From: an uncultured Clostridia bacterium
Lineage (GTDB): Bacteria; Bacillota; Clostridia; TANB77; CAG-508
Direction: 5' to 3'
NCBI GenBank assembly: GCA_947625925.1
Contig: CANQQC010000003.1
Location: 1-37,026 of the forward strand
DNA length: 37,026 nt
The notes below the pieces were generated by a model, which saw only the letters and a list, made by a program, of their open reading frames with translations, searched no databases and was not told where the DNA came from. The position numbers and the translations under genes were made by a program. Below are positions 8,981-18,215 of the stretch, piece after piece (within the stretch, counting starts at the first letter, position 1; each line of letters starts with the position of its first letter).

Positions 8981-10537
8981 ATGAAGAATAAAAAAGCAAT
9001 TGAAATAATACAAAAATCTGAAAAAGTTATATATAAAATTAGATATGTTTTAGAAATGATTTTTTCTATAATAGCTATCTTTGCTAGTTATAAAGTAGTT
9101 ACGATAAAACATTACTTTGGATATTTTCATAAAACATATTTAATTATTGCTTGTATGTATTGTATACTTGCTTTATCATGTTTAATTTATTGTTGTTATA
9201 AAGATAAAAAAATAATAGAAAAAATGTTTTTAGCATTTGCAATACCAGTAGGAATTATGTATATAGTATTTATAGTTCCGTCATATGCACCAGATGAACA
9301 TGCACACATGTGGAAGGCATATGAAGTTTCAACAGGAAAATTAGTAACAAAAATTGAAGAAGATGGAACATCATCATCACAAGTTCCAAAGGATTTAATA
9401 AAATATAGTCCAAGTGAAGTTGGTAAATATATAAAGTTAATTGGAATGATTAGTGGAAGTACAAATTACGAAGATACAGTAACATTAACATCTCCAGCTC
9501 AAAGTTATAGTTTTATTTTATATATTGGATCATCAATAGGTTTTCTAATTTCTAGAATATTTAGTTTAAATATTCTAATTGGAATTTATTTAGGAAGAAT
9601 AATAAACTTAATCTTATTTTTATTAGCTGGATATTATATGATAAAAATAATACCTTTTGGAAAATTGTTAATGACATCATATTTATTTATGCCAATGGTG
9701 TTACAACAAGCAGTATCTTTTTCAGCTGATTCAATTACAAATATAGTAGTTCTTTTATTTATTGCATATATATTAAAACTGATTTTTCAAAAAGAGAAAA
9801 TAAAAATAAAACAAGATATAATACTTTGTGTATTATCAATATTAGTAGGTATTGTAAAAATTGTTTATGTACCAATTTTGGGATTAATATTGATGTTGAT
9901 ATTTAAAAATAATATGACAAAAAAAGAAAAAGCAATAGTGATACCAACATGTATAATTTTAGGAGGAATTGTATCTATAGCAACATATTTGTTCTCAACT
10001 CAATATGTTAGTCCAAATATGATTCCTTACTATGAAGAAAATAATGTTAATGCATCAGAACAAATTAGTTATATAATTCACAATCCTATAAATGTATTAA
10101 AGACAATAAAAAATGATTGGTATAATAAAGGTGAAGTATATATTGATACACTAATTGGTTCAAGTTTAGGTTGGTTAAATATTGCAATAAATAGACCTAT
10201 AATTGTTTTGTTTTTATTAACAATACTATATTCTGCCATAGTAGAAAAAAATAAAGTGGCATTAAATAAAAAGCAAAAAATATGGACAGCTATATTAGCA
10301 GTAGGAAGTATAGTAATTATAGAATTAGCAATGTATATTTCATGGACAGGAGTAGGAGCTAGTTCAATTGAAGGAATACAGGGAAGATATTTTGTACCTA
10401 TTGGTATTTTATTGTTATTAACATTATGTATGAAAAATAATTATTTAAAATATAAAAATGTAAATATAAAGATTCCATTGATAGTAACAATGTTGAATTT
10501 ATTTACAATTAAAACAATATATACTTTTTTCATATAG
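8981..10537 (+). CDS. DUF2142-like membrane protein, putative GT-C
   Basis: PSYAPDEHAH, FSADS and GIQGRYFVP motifs; start moved to ATG 8981, downstream of the previous stop. Confidence 0.75.
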   Translation: MKNKKAIEIIQKSEKVIYKIRYVLEMIFSIIAIFASYKVVTIKHYFGYFHKTYLIIACMYCILALSCLIYCCYKDKKIIEKMFLAFAIPVGIMYIVFIVPSYAPDEHAHMWKAYEVSTGKLVTKIEEDGTSSSQVPKDLIKYSPSEVGKYIKLIGMISGSTNYEDTVTLTSPAQSYSFILYIGSSIGFLISRIFSLNILIGIYLGRIINLILFLLAGYYMIKIIPFGKLLMTSYLFMPMVLQQAVSFSADSITNIVVLLFIAYILKLIFQKEKIKIKQDIILCVLSILVGIVKIVYVPILGLILMLIFKNNMTKKEKAIVIPTCIILGGIVSIATYLFSTQYVSPNMIPYYEENNVNASEQISYIIHNPINVLKTIKNDWYNKGEVYIDTLIGSSLGWLNIAINRPIIVLFLLTILYSAIVEKNKVALNKKQKIWTAILAVGSIVIIELAMYISWTGVGASSIEGIQGRYFVPIGILLLLTLCMKNNYLKYKNVNIKIPLIVTMLNLFTIKTIYTFFI

Positions 10538-10554
10538 TGGGAGGAAAAATTTAA

Positions 10555-11247
10555 ATGAAAATATTACTAATAATACCAGCATATAACGAAGAAGAAAATA
10601 TACTAAAAGTATGTAAAAGTATTGAAGAATACGATAAAAATTTAGATTATATTGTTATAAATGATGGTTCAAAAGATAAAACATTAGAAATATTGGAAGA
10701 AAACAATATTAAACATATAAATTTAATTCACAATTTAGGAATAGGTGGAGCAGTACAAACAGGCTATAAATATGCTTATGAAAATGATTATGATATAGCA
10801 GTTCAATTTGATGGAGATGGACAACACGAAATAAAATGTGTAAAAGATATTTGTAATCCAATTATAGAGAATAAGGCAAATATGTGTATAGGAACGCGAT
10901 ATTTGGATAAAAAAACAAGTGAATTTCAATCGACATTTATGAGAAGATTAGGAAAAAATATTATATCATTCATAATAAAAGTATGTTGTCATAAAAAAAT
11001 AACAGATCCAACGTCAGGTTTTAGAGCAGCTGATAAAAATATAATAAGGATATTTGCAGAAAATTATCCAACAGATTATCCAGAGCCTGAATCAACAGTA
11101 GAAGTTTTAAAAAATAAATATCAAGTTGTTGAAGTACCAGTAAGTATGAAAGAAAGACAGGGTGGAAAATCATCTATTAGTGTTTTTAAAAGTGTAGATT
11201 ATATGATAAAGGTATCTTTAGCAATAATAATTGATAGTTTAAGATAA
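10555..11247 (+). CDS. GT2 polyprenol-phosphate sugar synthase (GacI-like)
   Basis: IIPAYNEEEN, NLGIGGAVQTG, QFDGDGQH, DPTSGFRA and DYPEPE motifs. Confidence 0.88.
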   Translation: MKILLIIPAYNEEENILKVCKSIEEYDKNLDYIVINDGSKDKTLEILEENNIKHINLIHNLGIGGAVQTGYKYAYENDYDIAVQFDGDGQHEIKCVKDICNPIIENKANMCIGTRYLDKKTSEFQSTFMRRLGKNIISFIIKVCCHKKITDPTSGFRAADKNIIRIFAENYPTDYPEPESTVEVLKNKYQVVEVPVSMKERQGGKSSISVFKSVDYMIKVSLAIIIDSLR

Positions 11248-11266
11248 AGAAAAGAGGAATAAAGAT

Positions 11267-11629
11267 ATGTCTATTGTATTAAGAAGTGTTTTGATTGCAA
11301 TTACAATTATATATATACTAATTTTGATAAGATCCATAAATAAGAAAAACTTACAGATATCATTTTCAGTATTTTGGATAATAAGTGGGATTATTTTAAT
11401 TATAGCACTTTTAATTCCAAATTTTGTTGAATGGATTTCGCATAAACTAGGATTTGTGGCTCCATCAAATATGGTATTTTGTTTAACAATATTTATAGCT
11501 TTTTATTTGATTTTTAATATGACAATAAAACTTGCACAAGAACATAAGAAAAATGTAACTCTAATTCAAGAAGTATCAATGTTAAAAAAGAGAGTGGAAA
11601 ACTTAGAAAAAAAGAAGAAAAGTAAATAA
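11267..11629 (+). CDS. DUF2304-like small membrane partner (GacJ-like)
   Basis: Three TM helices, LGFVAPSN, C-terminal LIQEVS coiled coil; directly follows the GacI-like GT. Confidence 0.8.
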   Translation: MSIVLRSVLIAITIIYILILIRSINKKNLQISFSVFWIISGIILIIALLIPNFVEWISHKLGFVAPSNMVFCLTIFIAFYLIFNMTIKLAQEHKKNVTLIQEVSMLKKRVENLEKKKKSK

Positions 11630-11665
11630 TTGATTATATTGCATTAAAGGAGAAAAAAATAAAGA

Positions 11666-12703
11666 ATGAGTAAGTATAAATTATCAATTGTAGCGGCAAT
11701 ATATAATTTAGAACAATATTTACCCAGATGTTTGGATGCACTAGTAAATCAAACATTAGAAGAAATAGAAATATTATGTATTGATGATGGTTCAACAGAC
11801 TCGGCACCTCAAATTGTAGATGAATATGAAAAGAAATATCCTAATAAAATTAAAGCGTTTCATAAAGAAAATGGTGGAGAATTTTCATCTAGAAATTATG
11901 GATTAGAAAGAGCAACAGGAGAATATATAACATTTGTAGATGTTGATGATTACGTAGAACTAAATTGGGCAGAGAAATTGTATATGGCAGCAAAGAAAAA
12001 TGATGCAGATTTGGCTGTATGTGCATTCGAAAGAATAAGCCTTGAAACAAATAAAATAACATCAAAAGATATGATAGGATTTGGAAGATGTGTTAAAAAC
12101 GTAGACTATAATGATGATTTTGTTGCATTTATAAATCCTGCTCCATGGAATAAAGTATATAAAAGAGAGATGATAGAGGATTTACGATTTTTACCTTTTA
12201 GAGGTTTTAATGATACAATGCTTCTAATGGAAATAATAACAAGAGCAAAAAAAATAGCATTTGAACCAGATGTACTTTATCATTATTATTTAAGAAATGA
12301 CTCACAAATACACAGCGTAAATGAACAAGATGTTAAAAATCTAAAAAAATATCTATTAGAAGTTAAAAAGTTTTATAAAGATTCAAAAAAATATGAAGAA
12401 ATGAAATATATATTAGATTTAATGGCATTTCTTCATTTAGGAACATCAGTAATGTATAGAGCTTCTTATGATGAAAAAATAGATATAAAAAAGATGATAA
12501 AAGAAACCATAATATATTTAGATAAAAATTTTCCTTCATGGAGAAAAAATCCATTTTTAACATTTAGGTATTCAGTAAAAAAAGGATTTAAACATATAGG
12601 ACTATGGGGAGTATCTTTATTATATAGATGGAATATGCCAATGATATACATAAGAATGTATAGATTCTTAGTTGATAAATTAAAAATAGACATTAAATTT
12701 TAA
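11666..12703 (+). CDS. GT2 glycosyltransferase
   Basis: SIVAAIYN, IDDGSTD, TFVDVDDY and APWNKVYK motifs. Confidence 0.9.
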   Translation: MSKYKLSIVAAIYNLEQYLPRCLDALVNQTLEEIEILCIDDGSTDSAPQIVDEYEKKYPNKIKAFHKENGGEFSSRNYGLERATGEYITFVDVDDYVELNWAEKLYMAAKKNDADLAVCAFERISLETNKITSKDMIGFGRCVKNVDYNDDFVAFINPAPWNKVYKREMIEDLRFLPFRGFNDTMLLMEIITRAKKIAFEPDVLYHYYLRNDSQIHSVNEQDVKNLKKYLLEVKKFYKDSKKYEEMKYILDLMAFLHLGTSVMYRASYDEKIDIKKMIKETIIYLDKNFPSWRKNPFLTFRYSVKKGFKHIGLWGVSLLYRWNMPMIYIRMYRFLVDKLKIDIKF

Positions 12704-12718
12704 AGGGGTATATAAAAA

Positions 12719-14542
12719 ATGATAATAAAATGTATTATATTTGAAATATCATTTTTATTCATAATTTATAGACTAGGTGTTTTAGTAAGTCAATTTTTAA
12801 ATAATAAAAATAGATTATTTAATTTTTTGTTTGGGTTTATAGTATTTTTTGCTGTAAATCAAATAATATTAACACCATTGATTATAATGCATACAACATT
12901 TAAATTAGCATCTTATTTAAGTATATTTACTAATATATTTTTAGTGATATTATCTTTTATTATAAAAAGAGTTAAACAAAAAAATAAATTTATTTTAAAT
13001 AAGGCAAATATAATTTTAACAATTTTAGTTTGTATAGTAGTTGGATTTCAGATAGTATTTACAACTATAACAAATAAATGGAATGCAGATGATGCTTTTT
13101 ATATAACATTGAGCATGAGTAATATTGATAGTAACAATATATATATGGAAGAGCCAAGTGTAGGAAAAAGCGATGGAATAATGCATTTGTCTGCAGTTGA
13201 ACAAATACCTAGTTATGAACTTCAAGTTGCTATAATATCTAAAGCTTTTAGTATTAGCCCAACTATAGTTTGTCACACTTTGTTACCAACCATAGTAATT
13301 TTAATAGCTTATATATCTTATTATTATTTTGCAAAAAGATTTTTTAATAGTAAATATTCAAAAATTTTTATTATGCTGTTATCAATAATTTTTATGTTTA
13401 CAGCCTTTAGTACAAAATATAGGACAGGTTGTTTACTTTTAAAGTCATGGCAAGGTAAGGCGATATTTTTAAACGTTGTATTGACAACTATAATTGCAAC
13501 ATTGATTAAAATGGATAAAAAAACAATTAGAAAAGAAGATGTTTTGTTACTGTTTTTTGCTAATTTAAGTTCAATAGCACTAACATCAACTTCTATATAT
13601 TTATTACCTTTTGTATATTTACCATTTGGAATATTTAAATTATGTGAAAGAAAATGGAAAGATATATTAAAGTTAATAATCAGTTTTATTCCAGTAATTA
13701 TTTATGTGATTATATTAGGTATATTATCTAAAATAATAAATGGATTGGGAGATATACCAAAAGATATGGTTTCAATTAAGGAAACTTTATTGACTTATAA
13801 TAGTTATACTTATTTGATTTATTATATAATAGCCACAATAATAATATTTTTTGTTGGATCTAGAGAAGCAAAAAGATATTTTGTATATATGCAAATAATA
13901 AACTTATTGACCATATGGAATCCAATATTTTCAAATTATATTGCAACACATTTTACAAGTTCAGCAACTTTTTGGAGAGTACTTTGGATTGCACCAATTG
14001 AATTTGCGATTGCATATGCAATTATTAAATGTATAAAAAGAATTAGTAGAAAAAGGATAAAAACTATATTGGTAAGTATATTAGTTTGTATAATACTAAT
14101 ATTTCCAGGAAGATTTGCTTATTCATTTAATATTACAGACAACTTAGAAAATATACCTCAATATATAGCTGAACAAACAAACTATATTTTAGAACAGGAA
14201 AAAGATAAAGATGAAATTGTTGTATTAGTACCTTCGGATTCAGAGCAAAGTACAATGATGAGACTAATAAGTACTAAAATTAAATTGATTTGTTCAAGAG
14301 ATATGTATTTGGAAAAAATAAAAAATACTGAAGAAGCAGAAGAAAGGAGAAATATTGAACAAATATATCATGGTAAATTTATATATAATACAAAAGAGTT
14401 TGAAAATTTAATTGATAAATATAATATTGATTGGATTATAATAGATAAATATGATAATCATTTATTAAACTATATAAATAAATCTTCTATGGATATAAAA
14501 TATGTAAAAGATAATTATATTTTATTTAAGAATATGAAGTAA
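12719..14542 (+). CDS. Polytopic membrane protein, DUF6077-like, putative GT-C
   Basis: NADDAFY loop, SWQGKA and TFWRVLW motifs; many TM segments. Confidence 0.6.
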   Translation: MIIKCIIFEISFLFIIYRLGVLVSQFLNNKNRLFNFLFGFIVFFAVNQIILTPLIIMHTTFKLASYLSIFTNIFLVILSFIIKRVKQKNKFILNKANIILTILVCIVVGFQIVFTTITNKWNADDAFYITLSMSNIDSNNIYMEEPSVGKSDGIMHLSAVEQIPSYELQVAIISKAFSISPTIVCHTLLPTIVILIAYISYYYFAKRFFNSKYSKIFIMLLSIIFMFTAFSTKYRTGCLLLKSWQGKAIFLNVVLTTIIATLIKMDKKTIRKEDVLLLFFANLSSIALTSTSIYLLPFVYLPFGIFKLCERKWKDILKLIISFIPVIIYVIILGILSKIINGLGDIPKDMVSIKETLLTYNSYTYLIYYIIATIIIFFVGSREAKRYFVYMQIINLLTIWNPIFSNYIATHFTSSATFWRVLWIAPIEFAIAYAIIKCIKRISRKRIKTILVSILVCIILIFPGRFAYSFNITDNLENIPQYIAEQTNYILEQEKDKDEIVVLVPSDSEQSTMMRLISTKIKLICSRDMYLEKIKNTEEAEERRNIEQIYHGKFIYNTKEFENLIDKYNIDWIIIDKYDNHLLNYINKSSMDIKYVKDNYILFKNMK

Positions 14543-14595
14543 AAGACGAAATCTTAGAGAGGAAGAGTAAAATGGAAAAAAGGAGAAAAGAAATT

Positions 14596-14946
14596 ATGCA
14601 AATAGTACTAATAATTATTTATTTAATATTAACAGTATCAGGATTAATTTTAATGAAAAAGGGAGGAAATCCAGGAAGCATAGCTTTTGAAAGTGGAAAT
14701 GTAAATTTTGGAATTAGTTTAGTGAGTTTAGCAGGTTTTATATGCTATATAGGAAGTTTTTTACTATTCACAAGACTAGTAGTAATGTTTGATTTAAGTT
14801 ATATAATGCCATTATGTACAGGTATTGCTCAAGTTTTAACACTTATAGCTTCAAAAGTTGTATTTAAAGAACAATTTAGTATACAAGGAATAATCGGAGC
14901 AAGTTTAGTAATATTTGGAATTTTAGTTATGAATATAAAAAGATAA
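14596..14946 (+). CDS. Small 4-TM SMR/EamA-like protein, candidate Und-P-sugar flippase
   Basis: Four hydrophobic helices, DLSYIMPL...VFKEQFS...IIG pattern as in ArnE/F-like proteins; start at 14596 after AGGAG (14572 is an alternative). Confidence 0.65.
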   Translation: MQIVLIIIYLILTVSGLILMKKGGNPGSIAFESGNVNFGISLVSLAGFICYIGSFLLFTRLVVMFDLSYIMPLCTGIAQVLTLIASKVVFKEQFSIQGIIGASLVIFGILVMNIKR

Positions 14947-15014
14947 TTGTATAAAATTAACATTGATTAACTATTAAAAATAATATAATATGGAAATTAG
15001 AGGGGATGGGTTCC

Positions 15015-18000
15015 ATGAGAAAGTTAAATAAAATAATAGTTTGTATATTGTTAATAGTATTTACTTTGGGTTTTAATATATCTACTGTTACAGCTTTAGC
15101 AGAAAGTATAGAAGAAAGTAAAGATTTAAGTGAACAATTACAAGAAGAACAAGAAAAAGAAGAAGAAGAAGATACTAATACTAATGAGCAAATTGAATAT
15201 AAAGATGAAGATATTAAAGAGGATACTGAACAAATAAATGATAGTGAAGATATAGGAGAAGACTTAACAGAAAAGATAGAACAAGAACCAACTAATATAT
15301 TAAAAAGTCAAGAAGGAGCACCTATAAAAACAATATCAAATGTTCCGTTTTCAGCTCAAGTAGAAAATACTAAAGGATATAAAATAAAGACATATTTAAA
15401 AAATGGAGTATATTATTTGTTCTTATCAAAAGATATTGATATTTCAAAATTATCAATAAAATATCAATATGGTAGTGAAATAAAAAATGTTACACCACAA
15501 AATGGTGCAACTATTGATAATGCGAAAAAAACATTAACATATAATTTTAATAAATCTAATAATATATCTTTAAATATGAAAGATGGAAAAAGTTTTAAAA
15601 TTAAAGTAATGCAATCAGATATACCAAGTGTATGTATAAATTTAAATGATAATGTAAAATTAAAAACACTTACTAGTGGAAGTAAAGATAAGAAATATGC
15701 AGCTAGTTTAAAAATTGCTGGAACACAAAATGGTAAATATGATTTAGAAGATTCAGGAATTGAAATTAAAGGTAGAGGAAATAGCACATGGACTTTACCT
15801 AAAAAACCATTTCAAATAAAATTAAGTAGTAAACAAAATTTATTAGGAATGAAGAAATCTGGAAAAGCAAAAAAATGGATTCTATTAGCAAACCAATTAG
15901 ACCGTACTTTGATGAAAAACAAATTGATAGATGATTTACAAGAAGAGATGGGACTTTCTAGTGATAACATGAATGGAGAATTTGTTGATTTATATATAAA
16001 TGGTGAATTTTTAGGAAATTATCTGTTATGTGAAAAAGTTGAAATTGGAGAAAATAGAATTAACTTAACAAATCAAATGGGTATTATTGGGGAAATAGAT
16101 AAAGCTTATGCTGAAAATGAACCTGATACACCAAGCTTTAGAACAAACAAAACAAAGACAGTAATAGGAGTAAAAGAATCCTATGCTGGAGAAGAATTAA
16201 AAGATTCTAAAAAAGAGAAAAAAGCATTATCACAATTTAAAGAATATATAAACAAATTTGAAGACTTAATTTACCAAGACAATCCTAATTGGAATGAAAT
16301 AAAGAAGATGATAGATGTTGATTCGTTTATAAAATATTATTTAATAACAGAATTAGCAGAAGATCCAGATAGATTTATAAGTAGTACATTTATATGGAAA
16401 GACGGACCAAATGATGTCCTACATATCGGACCAGTTTGGGATAATGATACAGCAATAGGTTATCATGTAGGAGTATTTGCTGGTGGAGAAACAAATGTAG
16501 ACTATAATTTGAATTTTTTGAAAAATAGATGTCAAGGTGAAACATATCACAAAACAAATTGGTATGAGCAATTATATAGAAATAAGGAATTTGTAAAGTT
16601 AATAAATGAAGAATATCAAAAAAGTACAAAAAATGTTTTTCTATCAATTCAAGATAAAATAGAAGACTATAAAAACAATATGGAAAAATCAATACAAATG
16701 AACTATGTTGTGTGGGATATGAAGCATCAATTACCAACAGCACATACTTATAAAGGATCATATGAAGGAGAAGTAAATTATTTAAAGAAATGGCTATATA
16801 ATCGTGTTAACTATATGAATATGAGGTATGGAAATGAATATCAAATTACATATAATACATATGTTAAAGATGAGGGTTGGAAAGATAATTGGGCTTTAGA
16901 TGGACAAGTATCAGGAACACAAAACATGTCACGAGCAATACAGCAAATAAAAATAACATCTCCAAATTTTAGTTCAAAACAACACATTAAATATAAAGTT
17001 CATGTAGAAGATTATGGTTGGATGAATTATAAAAAAGATGGAAATACCGTTGGTGTTCAAGGAAAGAAAATTGAAGCAATAAAGATAAACTTAGTAAATA
17101 TTCCAGGATATAATATAACATACAGAGTACATGTACAAGATATAGGTTGGATGGACTGGGTCAAGAATGGAAAAATGGCAGGAACAACGGGCAAAAATAA
17201 AGCGATAGAAGCTATTGAAATAAAAATTGAAAAATCAACAGGACTTGGAGTAAAAAATCCAACTAAAAATGCAGATATAACATATAGAGCCCATATACAA
17301 GATATTGGTTGGTCTCAATGGGGTTATGATGGAGATATGATTGGGACAACAGGTAAAAGTAAGCAACTTGAGGCTTTAACTATAAATGTTAATAAGGAAA
17401 AATTTAAAGATCTATCATTATCGTATCAAGTGCATGTACAAGATATAGGTTGGATGAATTGGAAATCAAGTGGACAAAATGCAGGTACAACAGGAAAATC
17501 AAAAAGATTAGAAGCAATAAAAATTAAAGTTAATAATAAAGCAAAATATACGGTAAGCTATAGAGTACACGTACAAGATATAGGCTGGATGGATTGGAAG
17601 ACTAATGGCCAAATTGCAGGTACAACTGGAAAAGGAAAAAGAATTGAAGCAATTGAAATAAAATTAGAACAAAGACAATTTATGGGTACTGCAAAAGTTG
17701 ACAAAGATTCAGGAGTACTATATCAATCCCATATTTCAGATATTGGATGGACAAAAACAGGAGCAGACGGGCAGACAATTGGAACACAAGGTTTAGCAAA
17801 ACAAGTAGAAGCAATAAAAATAAACTTAAAACAAAGTTTAGGACTAAAAGTAAAATATAGAGTACATGCAAAAGATATAGGTTGGATGGATTGGAAAACA
17901 AATGGTGAACTTGCCGGTACAACTAGACAAAATAAAAGAATTGAAGCTTTTCAAATTAAGCTAACCAATACAAATAAGTATGATATAAAATACCGAGCAC

Positions 18001-18110
18001 ATGTAAGTAATATAGGTTGGATGAATTGGAGAAAAAATGGACAAACAGCAGGAACGGTAAGTTTAGGATTACCTGTGGAAGCAATGCAAGTTAAATTACA
18101 AAATAAATAG
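15015..18110 (+). CDS. Secreted CotH-family kinase domain protein with nine C-terminal ChW repeats
   Basis: Signal peptide (...VTALA), acidic linker, CotH motifs KGRGNST, KKPFQIK, WILLAN, YINGEFLGNYLLCEK and GPVWD, then Y.VHVQDIGW repeats. Confidence 0.85.
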   Translation: MRKLNKIIVCILLIVFTLGFNISTVTALAESIEESKDLSEQLQEEQEKEEEEDTNTNEQIEYKDEDIKEDTEQINDSEDIGEDLTEKIEQEPTNILKSQEGAPIKTISNVPFSAQVENTKGYKIKTYLKNGVYYLFLSKDIDISKLSIKYQYGSEIKNVTPQNGATIDNAKKTLTYNFNKSNNISLNMKDGKSFKIKVMQSDIPSVCINLNDNVKLKTLTSGSKDKKYAASLKIAGTQNGKYDLEDSGIEIKGRGNSTWTLPKKPFQIKLSSKQNLLGMKKSGKAKKWILLANQLDRTLMKNKLIDDLQEEMGLSSDNMNGEFVDLYINGEFLGNYLLCEKVEIGENRINLTNQMGIIGEIDKAYAENEPDTPSFRTNKTKTVIGVKESYAGEELKDSKKEKKALSQFKEYINKFEDLIYQDNPNWNEIKKMIDVDSFIKYYLITELAEDPDRFISSTFIWKDGPNDVLHIGPVWDNDTAIGYHVGVFAGGETNVDYNLNFLKNRCQGETYHKTNWYEQLYRNKEFVKLINEEYQKSTKNVFLSIQDKIEDYKNNMEKSIQMNYVVWDMKHQLPTAHTYKGSYEGEVNYLKKWLYNRVNYMNMRYGNEYQITYNTYVKDEGWKDNWALDGQVSGTQNMSRAIQQIKITSPNFSSKQHIKYKVHVEDYGWMNYKKDGNTVGVQGKKIEAIKINLVNIPGYNITYRVHVQDIGWMDWVKNGKMAGTTGKNKAIEAIEIKIEKSTGLGVKNPTKNADITYRAHIQDIGWSQWGYDGDMIGTTGKSKQLEALTINVNKEKFKDLSLSYQVHVQDIGWMNWKSSGQNAGTTGKSKRLEAIKIKVNNKAKYTVSYRVHVQDIGWMDWKTNGQIAGTTGKGKRIEAIEIKLEQRQFMGTAKVDKDSGVLYQSHISDIGWTKTGADGQTIGTQGLAKQVEAIKINLKQSLGLKVKYRVHAKDIGWMDWKTNGELAGTTRQNKRIEAFQIKLTNTNKYDIKYRAHVSNIGWMNWRKNGQTAGTVSLGLPVEAMQVKLQNK
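16845..18107 (+). repeat. Nine clostridial hydrophobic-W (ChW) repeats (three triplets)
   Basis: Recurring Y(R/Q)VHVQDIGW..W...G..AGTTG....IEAI.I units. Confidence 0.9.
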
Positions 18111-18112
18111 AG

Positions 18113-18148
18113 AAAAAAGAAATGTAAAAAATTACATTTCTTTTTTTT
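18113..18148 (+). terminator. Intrinsic terminator
   Basis: AAAAAAGAAATGTAA-AAAA-TTACATTTCTTTTTT. Confidence 0.8.
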
Positions 18149-18158
18149 ATAAAAAACA

Positions 18159-18187
18159 TTGTCAAAAAAGATAAAAAAATATATAAT
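18159..18187 (+). promoter_or_regulatory. SigA promoter
   Basis: TTGTCA-17 bp-TATAAT. Confidence 0.75.
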
Positions 18188-18215
18188 TAAGTTGAAAAAA
18201 GGAGGCATAAATAAT

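Noticed and set aside
1490-14350. AGG as a shifty or reassigned codon
   Set aside because: In-frame AGG occurs in intact genes without frame disruption (L27 K-R-A; several AGG-A contexts in the GT and membrane genes).
18159-18215. TTG start of the 723 aa ORF
   Set aside because: The TTG is the -35 box of a promoter; ATG 18216 has AGGAGG and begins the signal peptide.
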